This document shows, one piece after another, positions 25,274-37,660 of a stretch of DNA of 64,000 nt (positions within the stretch are counted from its first letter, which is position 1; every line of letters starts with the position of its first letter). The notes beneath the pieces are model-generated. The model did not search any database. It was not told where the DNA came from and saw only the letters and a list, made by a program, of their open reading frames with translations. Source of the stretch: Eutreptiella sp. 'Long Island Sound 2002' (Eukaryota > Protista > Euglenida); assembly GCA_964036045.1 (NCBI GenBank), contig OZ038379.1, positions 16,492,001 through 16,556,000 on the forward strand, read 5' to 3'. The position numbers and the translations under genes are program-made.

Positions 25274-26243
25274 ACTCCCCCGAAGAAAAAAGTAACCTTT
25301 TCACCCATCGGTGGCGGGGTTGGGGTTTCCCGAGTCAGGGCTCCCTTTGGGCAAAGGAGGGTTTCCCCGCCGCTGGTAAGTTTTAAACAGCCGTCGCCAG
25401 TACCAGCATTACACCCCCCCGCCCTTACCCCTCCCCTTGCCCCTGTGTTCTCTCTCTTTCCTTGTCCGTCCTACTTTTGGAGGCTCTGCAATCACTATCA
25501 TTGCTTGTCATCACACCAGTCACTAGCTATAACCGTTGAATTTCACATTGGTTTTCTATGCCCCACATGCACTATTGACCAAGCATGGGCAATCCTGACA
25601 ATGTATATGAAATCCATGTTTCCCTTTGCACCCAATTCCAGTATGCTTGGGGGTGCACTAGTTCATGGATGCACAAAAATCATCTCTTACTCGCAAGGAG
25701 GTGCGGGAGGCGAGACATGCAATAGGAGAGAGTGGGGGGCACATTCTGCTCAACACGTGGGGCACTCGCCGTAGAGAGCCCTCACTATTGCACATTGGGG
25801 AACCGGTTGAGGAAGCTGATTTGGATCCATGCAACAAAGCTGTGCAGCACCCCTGTCCATGATGTTATGAAGGGCAAATCATTTACAATGGGCCCCACAA
25901 TGATGTTGCGGATGACACAATGCGAGCATGACCATGGACTCTGCAATGTGGGACAGAACTGGCATCTAACCAAGAAGCAGGTACTGATGCCCCTCAAAAT
26001 GCAATGCCCACCCACTCTGATGCACCGCTGCTCTGCCTGCCTGCCTGCCTCCCTGTCCGCAAAGTGCTGCATGCAGGGATGCACACAGAACAACTCCTGC
26101 TGCCATGGCGGTCCCTGGGAATTGTCAGGACTAACCCCCCCCCCCCCCCCAAATGGTTTGCATGGATGTGAGAGGAGGTCAGGCATTGGTGTGGGAGCGC
26201 CAGGCATCAGGGCAGGTGCCAGAAAAGAGAGATTAAGGGGTCG

Positions 26244-27344
26244 TCAAGGGCTCAAAGTGGTGTTGGCCCTGGGGTCATCACCAACAGGCAGCTGCAGGCG
26301 CTTTTCTTGCCACATGGCCTCTGTCTCTTGGATCTTTTGGAGGAAATAATCAGGATTGAGGATGGCCGCCACCAAATTGGCCTTAACAAGAAGCACGTTG
26401 GTGTACTGGAGGGTGTCCTCACCACTCAGCGCCCGGAACGGCGCGTCGGAGCTCGCTCGCGCATGCACTGCAACAATACTGTCCTTAGCATCATAGTGGA
26501 TGTTGTCATCAAAGAAGATGTGGCGGTCTTCAGTGGCACTGGCAGTGTACCACACCGGTTTGCCTGAGGCTGGTAGAAAGTTGTGTCGTTTCCAGTGGTC
26601 GTATTCATCCTGGATGGTCAGGGTGGTGTCTGCGCTGGTGAAGAATGCTGCAATGGGCTCACCGCCGTGGAGCGCCTCCGCGGTGGAGGACGGCGTGGTG
26701 TCCTGCAGGTAAACTGCCGAATGGCTGTCCTCTGCATTCTCATGGCGGATTACCCAGGCCCCGCGGTCGAGCTTGAAAGTGTCACTGATGGGACACAGCG
26801 GGAACTGCGGATGCTTGCCCTTCGTGAACGCTGTGAAGGCGGCCCGAACCTCCGGGAGGTCCGTGCCAAATGTGCGGAACACCACCCGGAACCGTCTCCC
26901 GCTGTGATGCAGGGCCAAAAGGCAGTGGAACAAGGAGGGCACCAGAAAGTGCATGCCATTCGGACCAAGTTCGGGGTCCGGAGGGCCATCCCACGTCATG
27001 GCCTTCCAAAGCTCTTCGTACTGAGGCCGGAAGATCACTCCGGGGCCTTTGGTCGTGAAAGTTCTGGATTGGCCACGGAAAGCCTCACCGAAAGGCACCC
27101 ATCCGTCAGGGCGCGGCAGCCCCTTGGTGTACAGTGGTGGGCATGGCGCACCGGGGGGCCGCTGGTCAGGGTTCAGGGGGCTGCCATCGTGCCATTGCCA
27201 ATCCCCTGCATCGTTTGCCTTTACCATCGCTGATTGGGCCAGCGCTTTGTTGAGACCCTCTTCAAACGTGACGCCCCCAGCAGGATCACTAACCATGAGG
27301 GTCTGGTTGATATCGAAGTGTAGGATGAGCCTGGGGCCTGCCAT
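26244..27344 (-). CDS. Uncharacterised HAD-like protein, copy 2
   Basis: Same translation as copy 1 from the ATG, offset +5157. Confidence 0.85.
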   Translation of the reverse strand: MAGPRLILHFDINQTLMVSDPAGGVTFEEGLNKALAQSAMVKANDAGDWQWHDGSPLNPDQRPPGAPCPPLYTKGLPRPDGWVPFGEAFRGQSRTFTTKGPGVIFRPQYEELWKAMTWDGPPDPELGPNGMHFLVPSLFHCLLALHHSGRRFRVVFRTFGTDLPEVRAAFTAFTKGKHPQFPLCPISDTFKLDRGAWVIRHENAEDSHSAVYLQDTTPSSTAEALHGGEPIAAFFTSADTTLTIQDEYDHWKRHNFLPASGKPVWYTASATEDRHIFFDDNIHYDAKDSIVAVHARASSDAPFRALSGEDTLQYTNVLLVKANLVAAILNPDYFLQKIQETEAMWQEKRLQLPVGDDPRANTTLSP

Positions 27345-29561
27345 GGGTAAGAAACAACGGCACTGACAGCCTGGAAAGGAGCGAGACGGCGTGCTTGAGA
27401 CTTCACTTGGTTGAGGCACATGCGCCTCATCCTTAACGACCCCACAGAAAGGGGGTTTGAAATGTGCCCGTGCTACCCAGTGTGCATCTACAGTGCCAGC
27501 ATGTTTGTTTGCAATCCGTTTGCTGTGTTCCCGGTACGCGATAAGTAGACGATCAAGTGTGCGATAACCGGTTTCGCGATTCCTTCCCACAAAAAATGGT
27601 GCAATTTACTTAAGCAACAACTGGGTTTTGGTGTGACCAATGGGGTTTGCGCAATAATTTGCGTGATAGCTGTGGTTTTGCACGCTTTTTGCACTCTGTT
27701 TGCAGGCCACAATCACATCGTCTCCCGCGGCTGTACATTTTTGACAGAGCAGAGGAGGCGATGGAGGAGCCTGCGCAGAAGGCCAGGGACCGTGGGAAGG
27801 GTGTGGTGGCTGCTGGGTAGCTGGGGAAGAGTATTGGCCCAAAGGTTGCTGCCAGAGAGTGCAGTGTGGTGCTGGGTGAACCGGCTGATGAAAAGTGCCA
27901 TGTGGAGAATCTGGTTTGGTACAGCCGATGGGTTTTGGTTCAGAAGGAGGGGGGCTGGGGGAGGGCGTCCAACTAGGGGTTTAATGCACATGGAACCCAC
28001 CGCACAGGGCCAACATACCCAAAAGGGTGGAAAAACGGCAAGTTTGGGCCAATTTCGACAGTTTTTGGAAACCACCATCTCACCTTGTCACATCTGTAGC
28101 GGGCTGCCACTGTTGATTTTTCCGCTCAAAATAAGTGAGATTCACCTTCCAATTGCTATGTCTCCCACTGCATACCCTGGTTTCAGATTCACCGAATCCT
28201 CACTGCGTTTCAGATCCGCTACCGCAGTCATTTGTCATTTGGGGTCATCATAGAACTGGACAGCTCTGAACCTTGATTCTGAGAGGTTGTCCCAAGTACC
28301 ACACAGTGAGCAGGCTACACCAGCTCATCTTGGTCTGGAGCAAAGAAAAAGATTCACCTTCATATTGCCCTATGCTTCCCCCTTCTCCTTGCCCCACTGG
28401 ACGCCCCCTCCATCCAAAGGGGCATTCAGCGAACATCTATTCGGGGGCAATCACATGTCAAACCAAGCACCCTCTCCCCCAATTGGGTGTCAAACGACAG
28501 TAAGATGTGGAAACAACTGTCCACAAGTGCAGGAGGAGCATTGTGCATGAACTTTGCAGCAGCGGTGAAGGTAGCAAGGTTCCGTACCCCTGAAGACCAT
28601 CTGCCAAAGGCTGTTTCGGGGCACAAAATGTGCAGATTTGGGAGGGCACCTCCCGATTTAGTGCCCCCGCCCCAAGGTGCCACTGGTGAGTTTTTGGCTC
28701 AAAACTTGGATTTGGCAAGGGCACCACCTAGGCTCCAGGATGGCTAGAGTAGAGTAGAGCCCGGAGCGATGAGGCGGAGTAATGGCCAAAACGGAAAGGA
28801 GAAGTGCTGCTTGTTGCTTCCTTTGTTGCTTGTTGCTTGTTGCTTGTTGCTTGTTGCTTGTTGCTTGTTAGCTAGATTTAAGGGGAGAGGGGTGTAGTAA
28901 TATATATTTTGTTATATATGAGAGCCAAAATGGTTGTGAGACGGGGCGGATAGTGGAGGACACTTTGGGGACCCAGATCTCTATGCTGCTGTGAGCAATC
29001 ATTCCAAAACAAGTGCCTTTGGGAACCCTATCTTGACCCGGATTCAATATTTCTTATGCATTGGCACAAACGCCTTTGTTTTTTATTTCATGTGTGTCTT
29101 TGTTGAGGTCAGGTATTTGGGAAGCAACATTGCCATCCTTCAATGGAGCAAACATTATTGGGAAGATGCTTGGAAGTGTTCAAGGTTCCTTGGAAGAGTG
29201 CTCGTAAGATTTGGCATGGAAATCGGGCCTGAATGCGCAACCAATATCCTACTCCTTGACCAGCTCGGTGTAAATTTTTTTGGCCCTACTTGACCTTGAA
29301 CTCTTGCACATGCTCACCACTTTCCACTGGAATGCTTTGGGCAGCACTCTTGGGTGGTGGTTTTGCCATAACAACACAGTGAGCCGCAACGAAAAATTTT
29401 GGGTTGAGCAAGTGACGGTCCCCCACCCCCCCCCTAGGGAACGACAAGGGGTGGGGAAGGACAAGGGGGGGGGAGTAGGTCTATCAATTTTCATAATGCC
29501 CCCCCTCCCCTCTCCGCTCGCTGTCCCTACCTCTTTCTCATCCCCCCTTTCACTCATCCTC

Positions 29562-29595
<34 letters not shown>

Positions 29596-31401
29596 TTTTG
29601 TTCGCGAATAGCCTTGGGCAACACTTGGGGGGTCCTTCTCCATCAGAGGGTATATCTGGGGCTGAAGTCGGGATAGTCAATAGAAAGGTAGCGCGCCGGG
29701 CGCGCGCCGGGCAAACATTCCCCCTTTCACTTTTTTTGGTCCGCCAGGTACGATTTGTTACGCATGTAGATTACATTTTCCAAGCTACTGTTGTGTGCGT
29801 TGTGTGCGCGTTGTGCAGACAGGCCCCCAAAAGACCATGATGGATTGTGCACCTTCCCTACAAAGCACGTTTCATAATTAGGCAATAGCTGTGAATCCAA
29901 CAACTCCAAATGTCATTTGTATTGTACTTAACCAACGGTACTTTGCCTTTACCTTTCCCATAGATTTTGCTATGGTAATAAGTCCCCAAGCCGCAAGCGG
30001 TTTGGACGGCGTTTCTGCCTCACGTCACAAGAAGGAAGCTCACACTCAACATTTCCTACATCACCCCTGCCTTCTCAAGGGCCCAAAGTTGGGCGGAATG
30101 GCTACATCACCCCTGCTTTCTTGGGGTACCCATGGTGCCGAGAAATCAACCTAGTAAGGAGTGGATGTGGTGGAAACGAGCAAAAAATGGATGTTTCTGG
30201 GTGAAACTGGGTGAGAATCCAAATATACCACATCCCGAATGTGAAAGAAGCATCAAAATACCCGCTGTCAAACAACAATAATGCCCATAGTATCACAAAG
30301 CATGTGTTTCTAGCACGGCCAGACGTGCAAATCGTTGCACTGCGCGCGCACTGCACTAAGTGCACCCCTAAAAGTTCACCGGTGGGGCACGGGTCAAAAA
30401 AGATGCCCGGCGCGCGCCTTGCGCGCTAACACTCCCCCGAAGAAAAAAGTAACCTTTTCACCCATCGGTGGCGGGGTTGGGGTTTCCCGAGTCAGGGCTC
30501 CCTTTGGGCAAAGGAGGGTTTCCCCGCCGCTGGTAAGTTTTAAACAGCCGTCGCCAGTACCAGCATTACACCCCCCCGCCCTTACCCCTCCCCTTGCCCC
30601 TGTGTTCTCTCTCTTTCCTTGTCCGTCCTACTTTTGGAGGCTCTGCAATCACTATCATTGCTTGTCATCACACCAGTCACTAGCTATAACCGTTGAATTT
30701 CACATTGGTTTTCTATGCCCCACATGCACTATTGACCAAGCATGGGCAATCCTGACAATGTATATGAAATCCATGTTTCCCTTTGCACCCAATTCCAGTA
30801 TGCTTGGGGGTGCACTAGTTCATGGATGCACAAAAATCATCTCTTACTCGCAAGGAGGTGCGGGAGGCGAGACATGCAATAGGAGAGAGTGGGGGGCACA
30901 TTCTGCTCAACACGTGGGGCACTCGCCGTAGAGAGCCCTCACTATTGCACATTGGGGAACCGGTTGAGGAAGCTGATTTGGATCCATGCAACAAAGCTGT
31001 GCAGCACCCCTGTCCATGATGTTATGAAGGGCAAATCATTTACAATGGGCCCCACAATGATGTTGCGGATGACACAATGCGAGCATGACCATGGACTCTG
31101 CAATGTGGGACAGAACTGGCATCTAACCAAGAAGCAGGTACTGATGCCCCTCAAAATGCAATGCCCACCCACTCTGATGCACCGCTGCTCTGCCTGCCTG
31201 CCTGCCTCCCTGTCCGCAAAGTGCTGCATGCAGGGATGCACACAGAACAACTCCTGCTGCCATGGCGGTCCCTGGGAATTGTCAGGACTAACCCCCCCCC
31301 CCCCCCCCAAATGGTTTGCATGGATGTGAGAGGAGGTCAGGCATTGGTGTGGGAGCGCCAGGCATCAGGGCAGGTGCCAGAAAAGAGAGATTAAGGGGTC
31401 G

Positions 31402-32502
31402 TCAAGGGCTCAAAGTGGTGTTGGCCCTGGGGTCATCACCAACAGGCAGCTGCAGGCGCTTTTCTTGCCACATGGCCTCTGTCTCTTGGATCTTTTGGAG
31501 GAAATAATCAGGATTGAGGATGGCCGCCACCAAATTGGCCTTAACAAGAAGCACGTTGGTGTACTGGAGGGTGTCCTCACCACTCAGCGCCCGGAACGGC
31601 GCGTCGGAGCTCGCTCGCGCATGCACTGCAACAATACTGTCCTTAGCATCATAGTGGATGTTGTCATCAAAGAAGATGTGGCGGTCTTCAGTGGCACTGG
31701 CAGTGTACCACACCGGTTTGCCTGAGGCTGGTAGAAAGTTGTGTCGTTTCCAGTGGTCGTATTCATCCTGGATGGTCAGGGTGGTGTCTGCGCTGGTGAA
31801 GAATGCTGCAATGGGCTCACCGCCGTGGAGCGCCTCCGCGGTGGAGGACGGCGTGGTGTCCTGCAGGTAAACTGCCGAATGGCTGTCCTCTGCATTCTCA
31901 TGGCGCATTACCCAGGCCCCGCGGTCGAGCTTGAAAGTGTCACTGATGGGACACAGCGGGAACTGCGGATGCTTGCCCTTCGTGAACGCTGTGAAGGCGG
32001 CCCGAACCTCCGGGAGGTCCGTGCCAAATGTGCGGAACACCACCCGGAACCGTCTCCCGCTGTGATGCAGGGCCAAAAGGCAGTGGAACAAGGAGGGCAC
32101 CAGAAAGTGCATGCCATTCGGACCAAGTTCGGGGTCCGGAGGGCCATCCCACGTCATGGCCTTCCAAAGCTCTTCGTACTGAGGCCGGAAGATCACTCCG
32201 GGGCCTTTGGTCGTGAAAGTTCTGGATTGGCCACGGAAAGCCTCACCGAAAGGCACCCATCCGTCAGGGCGCGGCAGCCCCTTGGTGTACAGTGGTGGGC
32301 ATGGCGCACCGGGGGGCCGCTGGTCAGGGTTCAGGGGGCTGCCATCGTGCCATTGCCAATCCCCTGCATCATTTGCCTTTACCATCGCTGATTGGGCCAG
32401 CGCTTTGTTGAGACCCTCTTCAAACGTGACGCCCCCAGCAGGATCACTAACCATGAGGGTCTGGTTGATATCGAAGTGTAGGATGAGCCTGGGGCCTGCC
32501 AT
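31402..32502 (-). CDS. Uncharacterised HAD-like protein, copy 3 (WVIRH to WVMRH variant)
   Basis: Intact ORF. It differs from copies 1 and 2 at 31906 (Ile to Met) and at 32371 (synonymous Asn). Confidence 0.85.
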   Translation of the reverse strand: MAGPRLILHFDINQTLMVSDPAGGVTFEEGLNKALAQSAMVKANDAGDWQWHDGSPLNPDQRPPGAPCPPLYTKGLPRPDGWVPFGEAFRGQSRTFTTKGPGVIFRPQYEELWKAMTWDGPPDPELGPNGMHFLVPSLFHCLLALHHSGRRFRVVFRTFGTDLPEVRAAFTAFTKGKHPQFPLCPISDTFKLDRGAWVMRHENAEDSHSAVYLQDTTPSSTAEALHGGEPIAAFFTSADTTLTIQDEYDHWKRHNFLPASGKPVWYTASATEDRHIFFDDNIHYDAKDSIVAVHARASSDAPFRALSGEDTLQYTNVLLVKANLVAAILNPDYFLQKIQETEAMWQEKRLQLPVGDDPRANTTLSP

Positions 32503-34719
32503 GGGTAAGAAACAACGGCACTGACAGCCTGGAAAGGAGCGAGACGGCGTGCTTGAGACTTCACTTGGTTGAGGCACATGCGCCTCATCCTTAACGACCC
32601 CACAGAAAGGGGGTTTGAAATGTGCCCGTGCTACCCAGTGTGCATCTACAGTGCCAGCATGTTTGTTTGCAATCCGTTTGCTGTGTTCCCGGTACGCGAT
32701 AAGTAGACGATAAAGTGTGCGATAACCGGTTTCGCGATTCCTTCCCACAAAAAATGGTGCAATTTACTTAAGCAACAACTGGGTTTTGGTGTGACCAATG
32801 GGGTTTGCGCAATAATTTGCGTGATAGCTGTGGTTTTGCACGCTTTTTGCACTCTGTTTGCAGGCCACAATCACATCGTCTCCCGCGGCTGTACATTTTT
32901 GACAGAGCAGAGGAGGCGATGGAGGAGCCTGCGCAGAAGGCCAGGGACCGTGGGAAGGGTGTGGTGGCTGCTGGGTAGCTGGGGAAGAGTATTGGCCCAA
33001 AGGTTGCTGCCAGAGAGTGCAGTGTGGTGCTGGGTGAACCGGCTGATGAAAAGTGCCATGTGGAGAATCTGGTTTGGTACAGCCGATGGGTTTTGGTTCA
33101 GAAGGAGGGGGGCTGGGGGAGGGCGTCCAACTAGGGGTTTAATGCACATGGAACCCACCGCACAGGGCCAACATACCCAAAAGGGTGGAAAAACGGCAAG
33201 TTTGGGCCAATTTCGACAGTTTTTGGAAACCACCATCTCACCTTGTCACATCTGTAGCGGGCTGCCACTGTTGATTTTTCCGCTCAAAATAAGTGAGATT
33301 CACCTTCCAATTGCTATGTCTCCCACTGCATACCCTGGTTTCAGATTCACCGAATCCTCACTGCGTTTCAGATCCGCTACCGCAGTCATTTGTCATTTGG
33401 GGTCATCATAGAACTGGACAGCTCTGAACCTTGATTCTGAGAGGTTGTCCCAAGTACCACACAGTGAGCAGGCTACACCAGCTCATCTTGGTCTGGAGCA
33501 AAGAAAAAGATTCACCTTCATATTGCCCTATGCTTCCCCCTTCTCCTTGCCCCACTGGACGCCCCCTCCATCCAAAGGGGCATTCAGCGAACATCTATTC
33601 GGGGGCAATCACATGTCAAACCAAGCACCCTCTCCCCCAATTGGGTGTCAAACGACAGTAAGATGTGGAAACAACTGTCCACAAGTGCAGGAGGAGCATT
33701 GTGCATGAACTTTGCAGCAGCGGTGAAGGTAGCAAGGTTCCGTACCCCTGAAGACCATCTGCCAAAGGCTGTTTCGGGGCACAAAATGTGCAGATTTGGG
33801 AGGGCACCTCCCGATTTAGTGCCCCCGCCCCAAGGTGCCACTGGTGAGTTTTTGGCTCAAAACTTGGATTTGGCAAGGGCACCACCTAGGCTCCAGGATG
33901 GCTAGAGTAGAGTAGAGCCCGGAGCGATGAGGCGGAGTAATGGCCAAAACGGAAAGGAGAAGTGCTGCTTGTTGCTTCCTTTGTTGCTTGTTGCTTGTTG
34001 CTTGTTGCTTGTTGCTTGTTGCTTGTTAGCTAGATTTAAGGGGAGAGGGGTGTAGTAATATATATTTTGTTATATATGAGAGCCAAAATGGTTGTGAGAC
34101 GGGGCGGATAGTGGAGGACACTTTGGGGACCCAGATCTCTATGCTGCTGTGAGCAATCATTCCAAAACAAGTGCCTTTGGGAACCCTATCTTGACCCGGA
34201 TTCAATATTTCTTATGCATTGGCACAAACGCCTTTGTTTTTTATTTCATGTGTGTCTTTGTTGAGGTCAGGTATTTGGGAAGCAACATTGCCATCCTTCA
34301 ATGGAGCAAACATTATTGGGAAGATGCTTGGAAGTGTTCAAGGTTCCTTGGAAGAGTGCTCGTAAGATTTGGCATGGAAATCGGGCCTGAATGCGCAACC
34401 AATATCCTACTCCTTGACCAGCTCGGTGTAAATTTTTTTGGCCCTACTTGACCTTGAACTCTTGCACATGCTCACCACTTTCCACTGGAATGCTTTGGGC
34501 AGCACTCTTGGGTGGTGGTTTTGCCATAACAACACAGTGAGCCGCAACGAAAAATTTTGGGTTGAGCAAGTGACGGTCCCCCACCCCCCCCCTAGGGAAC
34601 GACAAGGGGTGGGGAAGGACAAGGGGGGGGGAGTAGGTCTATCAATTTTCATAATGCCCCCCCTCCCCTCTCCGCTCGCTGTCCCTACCTCTTTCTCATC
34701 CCCCCTTTCACTCATCCTC

Positions 34720-34753
<34 letters not shown>

Positions 34754-36559
34754 TTTTGTTCGCGAATAGCCTTGGGCAACACTTGGGGGGTCCTTCTCCA
34801 TCAGAGGGTATATCTGGGGCTGAAGTCGGGATAGTCAATAGAAAGGTAGCGCGCCGGGCGCGCGCCGGGCAAACATTCCCCCTTTCACTTTTTTTGGTCC
34901 GCCAGGTACGATTTGTTACGCATGTAGATTACATTTTCCAAGCTACTGTTGTGTGCGTTGTGTGCGCGTTGTGCAGACAGGCCCCCAAAAGACCATGATG
35001 GATTGTGCACCTTCCCTACAAAGCACGTTTCATAATTAGGCAATAGCTGTGAATCCAACAACTCCAAATGTCATTTGTATTGTACTTAACCAACGGTACT
35101 TTGCCTTTACCTTTCCCATAGATTTTGCTATGGTAATAAGTCCCCAAGCCGCAAGCGGTTTGGACGGCGTTTCTGCCTCACGTCACAAGAAGGAAGCTCA
35201 CACTCAACATTTCCTACATCACCCCTGCCTTCTCAAGGGCCCAAAGTTGGGCGGAATGGCTACATCACCCCTGCTTTCTTGGGGTACCCATGGTGCCGAG
35301 AAATCAACCTAGTAAGGAGTGGATGTGGTGGAAACGAGCAAAAAATGGATGTTTCTGGGTGAAACTGGGTGAGAATCCAAATATACCACATCCCGAATGT
35401 GAAAGAAGCATCAAAATACCCGCTGTCAAACAACAATAATGCCCATAGTATCACAAAGCATGTGTTTCTAGCACGGCCAGACGTGCAAATCGTTGCACTG
35501 CGCGCGCACTGCACTAAGTGCACCCCTAAAAGTTCACCGGTGGGGCACGGGTCAAAAAAGATGCCCGGCGCGCGCCTTGCGCGCTAACACTCCCCCGAAG
35601 AAAAAAGTAACCTTTTCACCCATCGGTGGCGGGGTTGGGGTTTCCCGAGTCAGGGCTCCCTTTGGGCAAAGGAGGGTTTCCCCGCCGCTGGTAAGTTTTA
35701 AACAGCCGTCGCCAGTACCAGCATTACACCCCCCCGCCCTTACCCCTCCCCTTGCCCCTGTGTTCTCTCTCTTTCCTTGTCCGTCCTACTTTTGGAGGCT
35801 CTGCAATCACTATCATTGCTTGTCATCACACCAGTCACTAGCTATAACCGTTGAATTTCACATTGGTTTTCTATGCCCCACATGCACTATTGACCAAGCA
35901 TGGGCAATCCTGACAATGTATATGAAATCCATGTTTCCCTTTGCACCCAATTCCAGTATGCTTGGGGGTGCACTAGTTCATGGATGCACAAAAATCATCT
36001 CTTACTCGCAAGGAGGTGCGGGAGGCGAGACATGCAATAGGAGAGAGTGGGGGGCACATTCTGCTCAACACGTGGGGCACTCGCCGTAGAGAGCCCTCAC
36101 TATTGCACATTGGGGAACCGGTTGAGGAAGCTGATTTGGATCCATGCAACAAAGCTGTGCAGCACCCCTGTCCATGATGTTATGAAGGGCAAATCATTTA
36201 CAATGGGCCCCACAATGATGTTGCGGATGACACAATGCGAGCATGACCATGGACTCTGCAATGTGGGACAGAACTGGCATCTAACCAAGAAGCAGGTACT
36301 GATGCCCCTCAAAATGCAATGCCCACCCACTCTGATGCACCGCTGCTCTGCCTGCCTGCCTGCCTCCCTGTCCGCAAAGTGCTGCATGCAGGGATGCACA
36401 CAGAACAACTCCTGCTGCCATGGCGGTCCCTGGGAATTGTCAGGACTAACCCCCCCCCCCCCCCCCAAATGGTTTGCATGGATGTGAGAGGAGGTCAGGC
36501 ATTGGTGTGGGAGCGCCAGGCATCAGGGCAGGTGCCAGAAAAGAGAGATTAAGGGGTCG

Positions 36560-37660
36560 TCAAGGGCTCAAAGTGGTGTTGGCCCTGGGGTCATCACCAA
36601 CAGGCAGCTGCAGGCGCTTTTCTTGCCACATGGCCTCTGTCTCTTGGATCTTTTGGAGGAAATAATCAGGATTGAGGATGGCCGCCACCAAATTGGCCTT
36701 AACAAGAAGCACGTTGGTGTACTGGAGGGTGTCCTCACCACTCAGCGCCCGGAACGGCGCGTCGGAGCTCGCTCGCGCATGCACTGCAACAATACTGTCC
36801 TTAGCATCATAGTGGATGTTGTCATCAAAGAAGATGTGGCGGTCTTCAGTGGCACTGGCAGTGTACCACACCGGTTTGCCTGAGGCTGGTAGAAAGTTGT
36901 GTCGTTTCCAGTGGTCGTATTCATCCTGGATGGTCAGGGTGGTGTCTGCGCTGGTGAAGAATGCTGCAATGGGCTCACCGCCGTGGAGCGCCTCCGCGGT
37001 GGAGGACGGCGTGGTGTCCTGCAGGTAAACTGCCGAATGGCTGTCCTCTGCATTCTCATGGCGCATTACCCAGGCCCCGCGGTCGAGCTTGAAAGTGTCA
37101 CTGATGGGACACAGCGGGAACTGCGGATGCTTGCCCTTCGTGAACGCTGTGAAGGCGGCCCGAACCTCCGGGAGGTCCGTGCCAAATGTGCGGAACACCA
37201 CCCGGAACCGTCTCCCGCTGTGATGCAGGGCCAAAAGGCAGTGGAACAAGGAGGGCACCAGAAAGTGCATGCCATTCGGACCAAGTTCGGGGTCCGGAGG
37301 GCCATCCCACGTCATGGCCTTCCAAAGCTCTTCGTACTGAGGCCGGAAGATCACTCCGGGGCCTTTGGTCGTGAAAGTTCTGGATTGGCCACGGAAAGCC
37401 TCACCGAAAGGCACCCATCCGTCAGGGCGCGGCAGCCCCTTGGTGTACAGTGGTGGGCATGGCGCACCGGGGGGCCGCTGGTCAGGGTTCAGGGGGCTGC
37501 CATCGTGCCATTGCCAATCCCCTGCATCATTTGCCTTTACCATCGCTGATTGGGCCAGCGCTTTGTTGAGACCCTCTTCAAACGTGACGCCCCCAGCAGG
37601 ATCACTAACCATGAGGGTCTGGTTGATATCGAAGTGTAGGATGAGCCTGGGGCCTGCCAT
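36560..37660 (-). CDS. Uncharacterised HAD-like protein, copy 4 (same allele as copy 3)
   Basis: Intact ORF sharing both copy-3 variants. Confidence 0.85.
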   Translation of the reverse strand: MAGPRLILHFDINQTLMVSDPAGGVTFEEGLNKALAQSAMVKANDAGDWQWHDGSPLNPDQRPPGAPCPPLYTKGLPRPDGWVPFGEAFRGQSRTFTTKGPGVIFRPQYEELWKAMTWDGPPDPELGPNGMHFLVPSLFHCLLALHHSGRRFRVVFRTFGTDLPEVRAAFTAFTKGKHPQFPLCPISDTFKLDRGAWVMRHENAEDSHSAVYLQDTTPSSTAEALHGGEPIAAFFTSADTTLTIQDEYDHWKRHNFLPASGKPVWYTASATEDRHIFFDDNIHYDAKDSIVAVHARASSDAPFRALSGEDTLQYTNVLLVKANLVAAILNPDYFLQKIQETEAMWQEKRLQLPVGDDPRANTTLSP

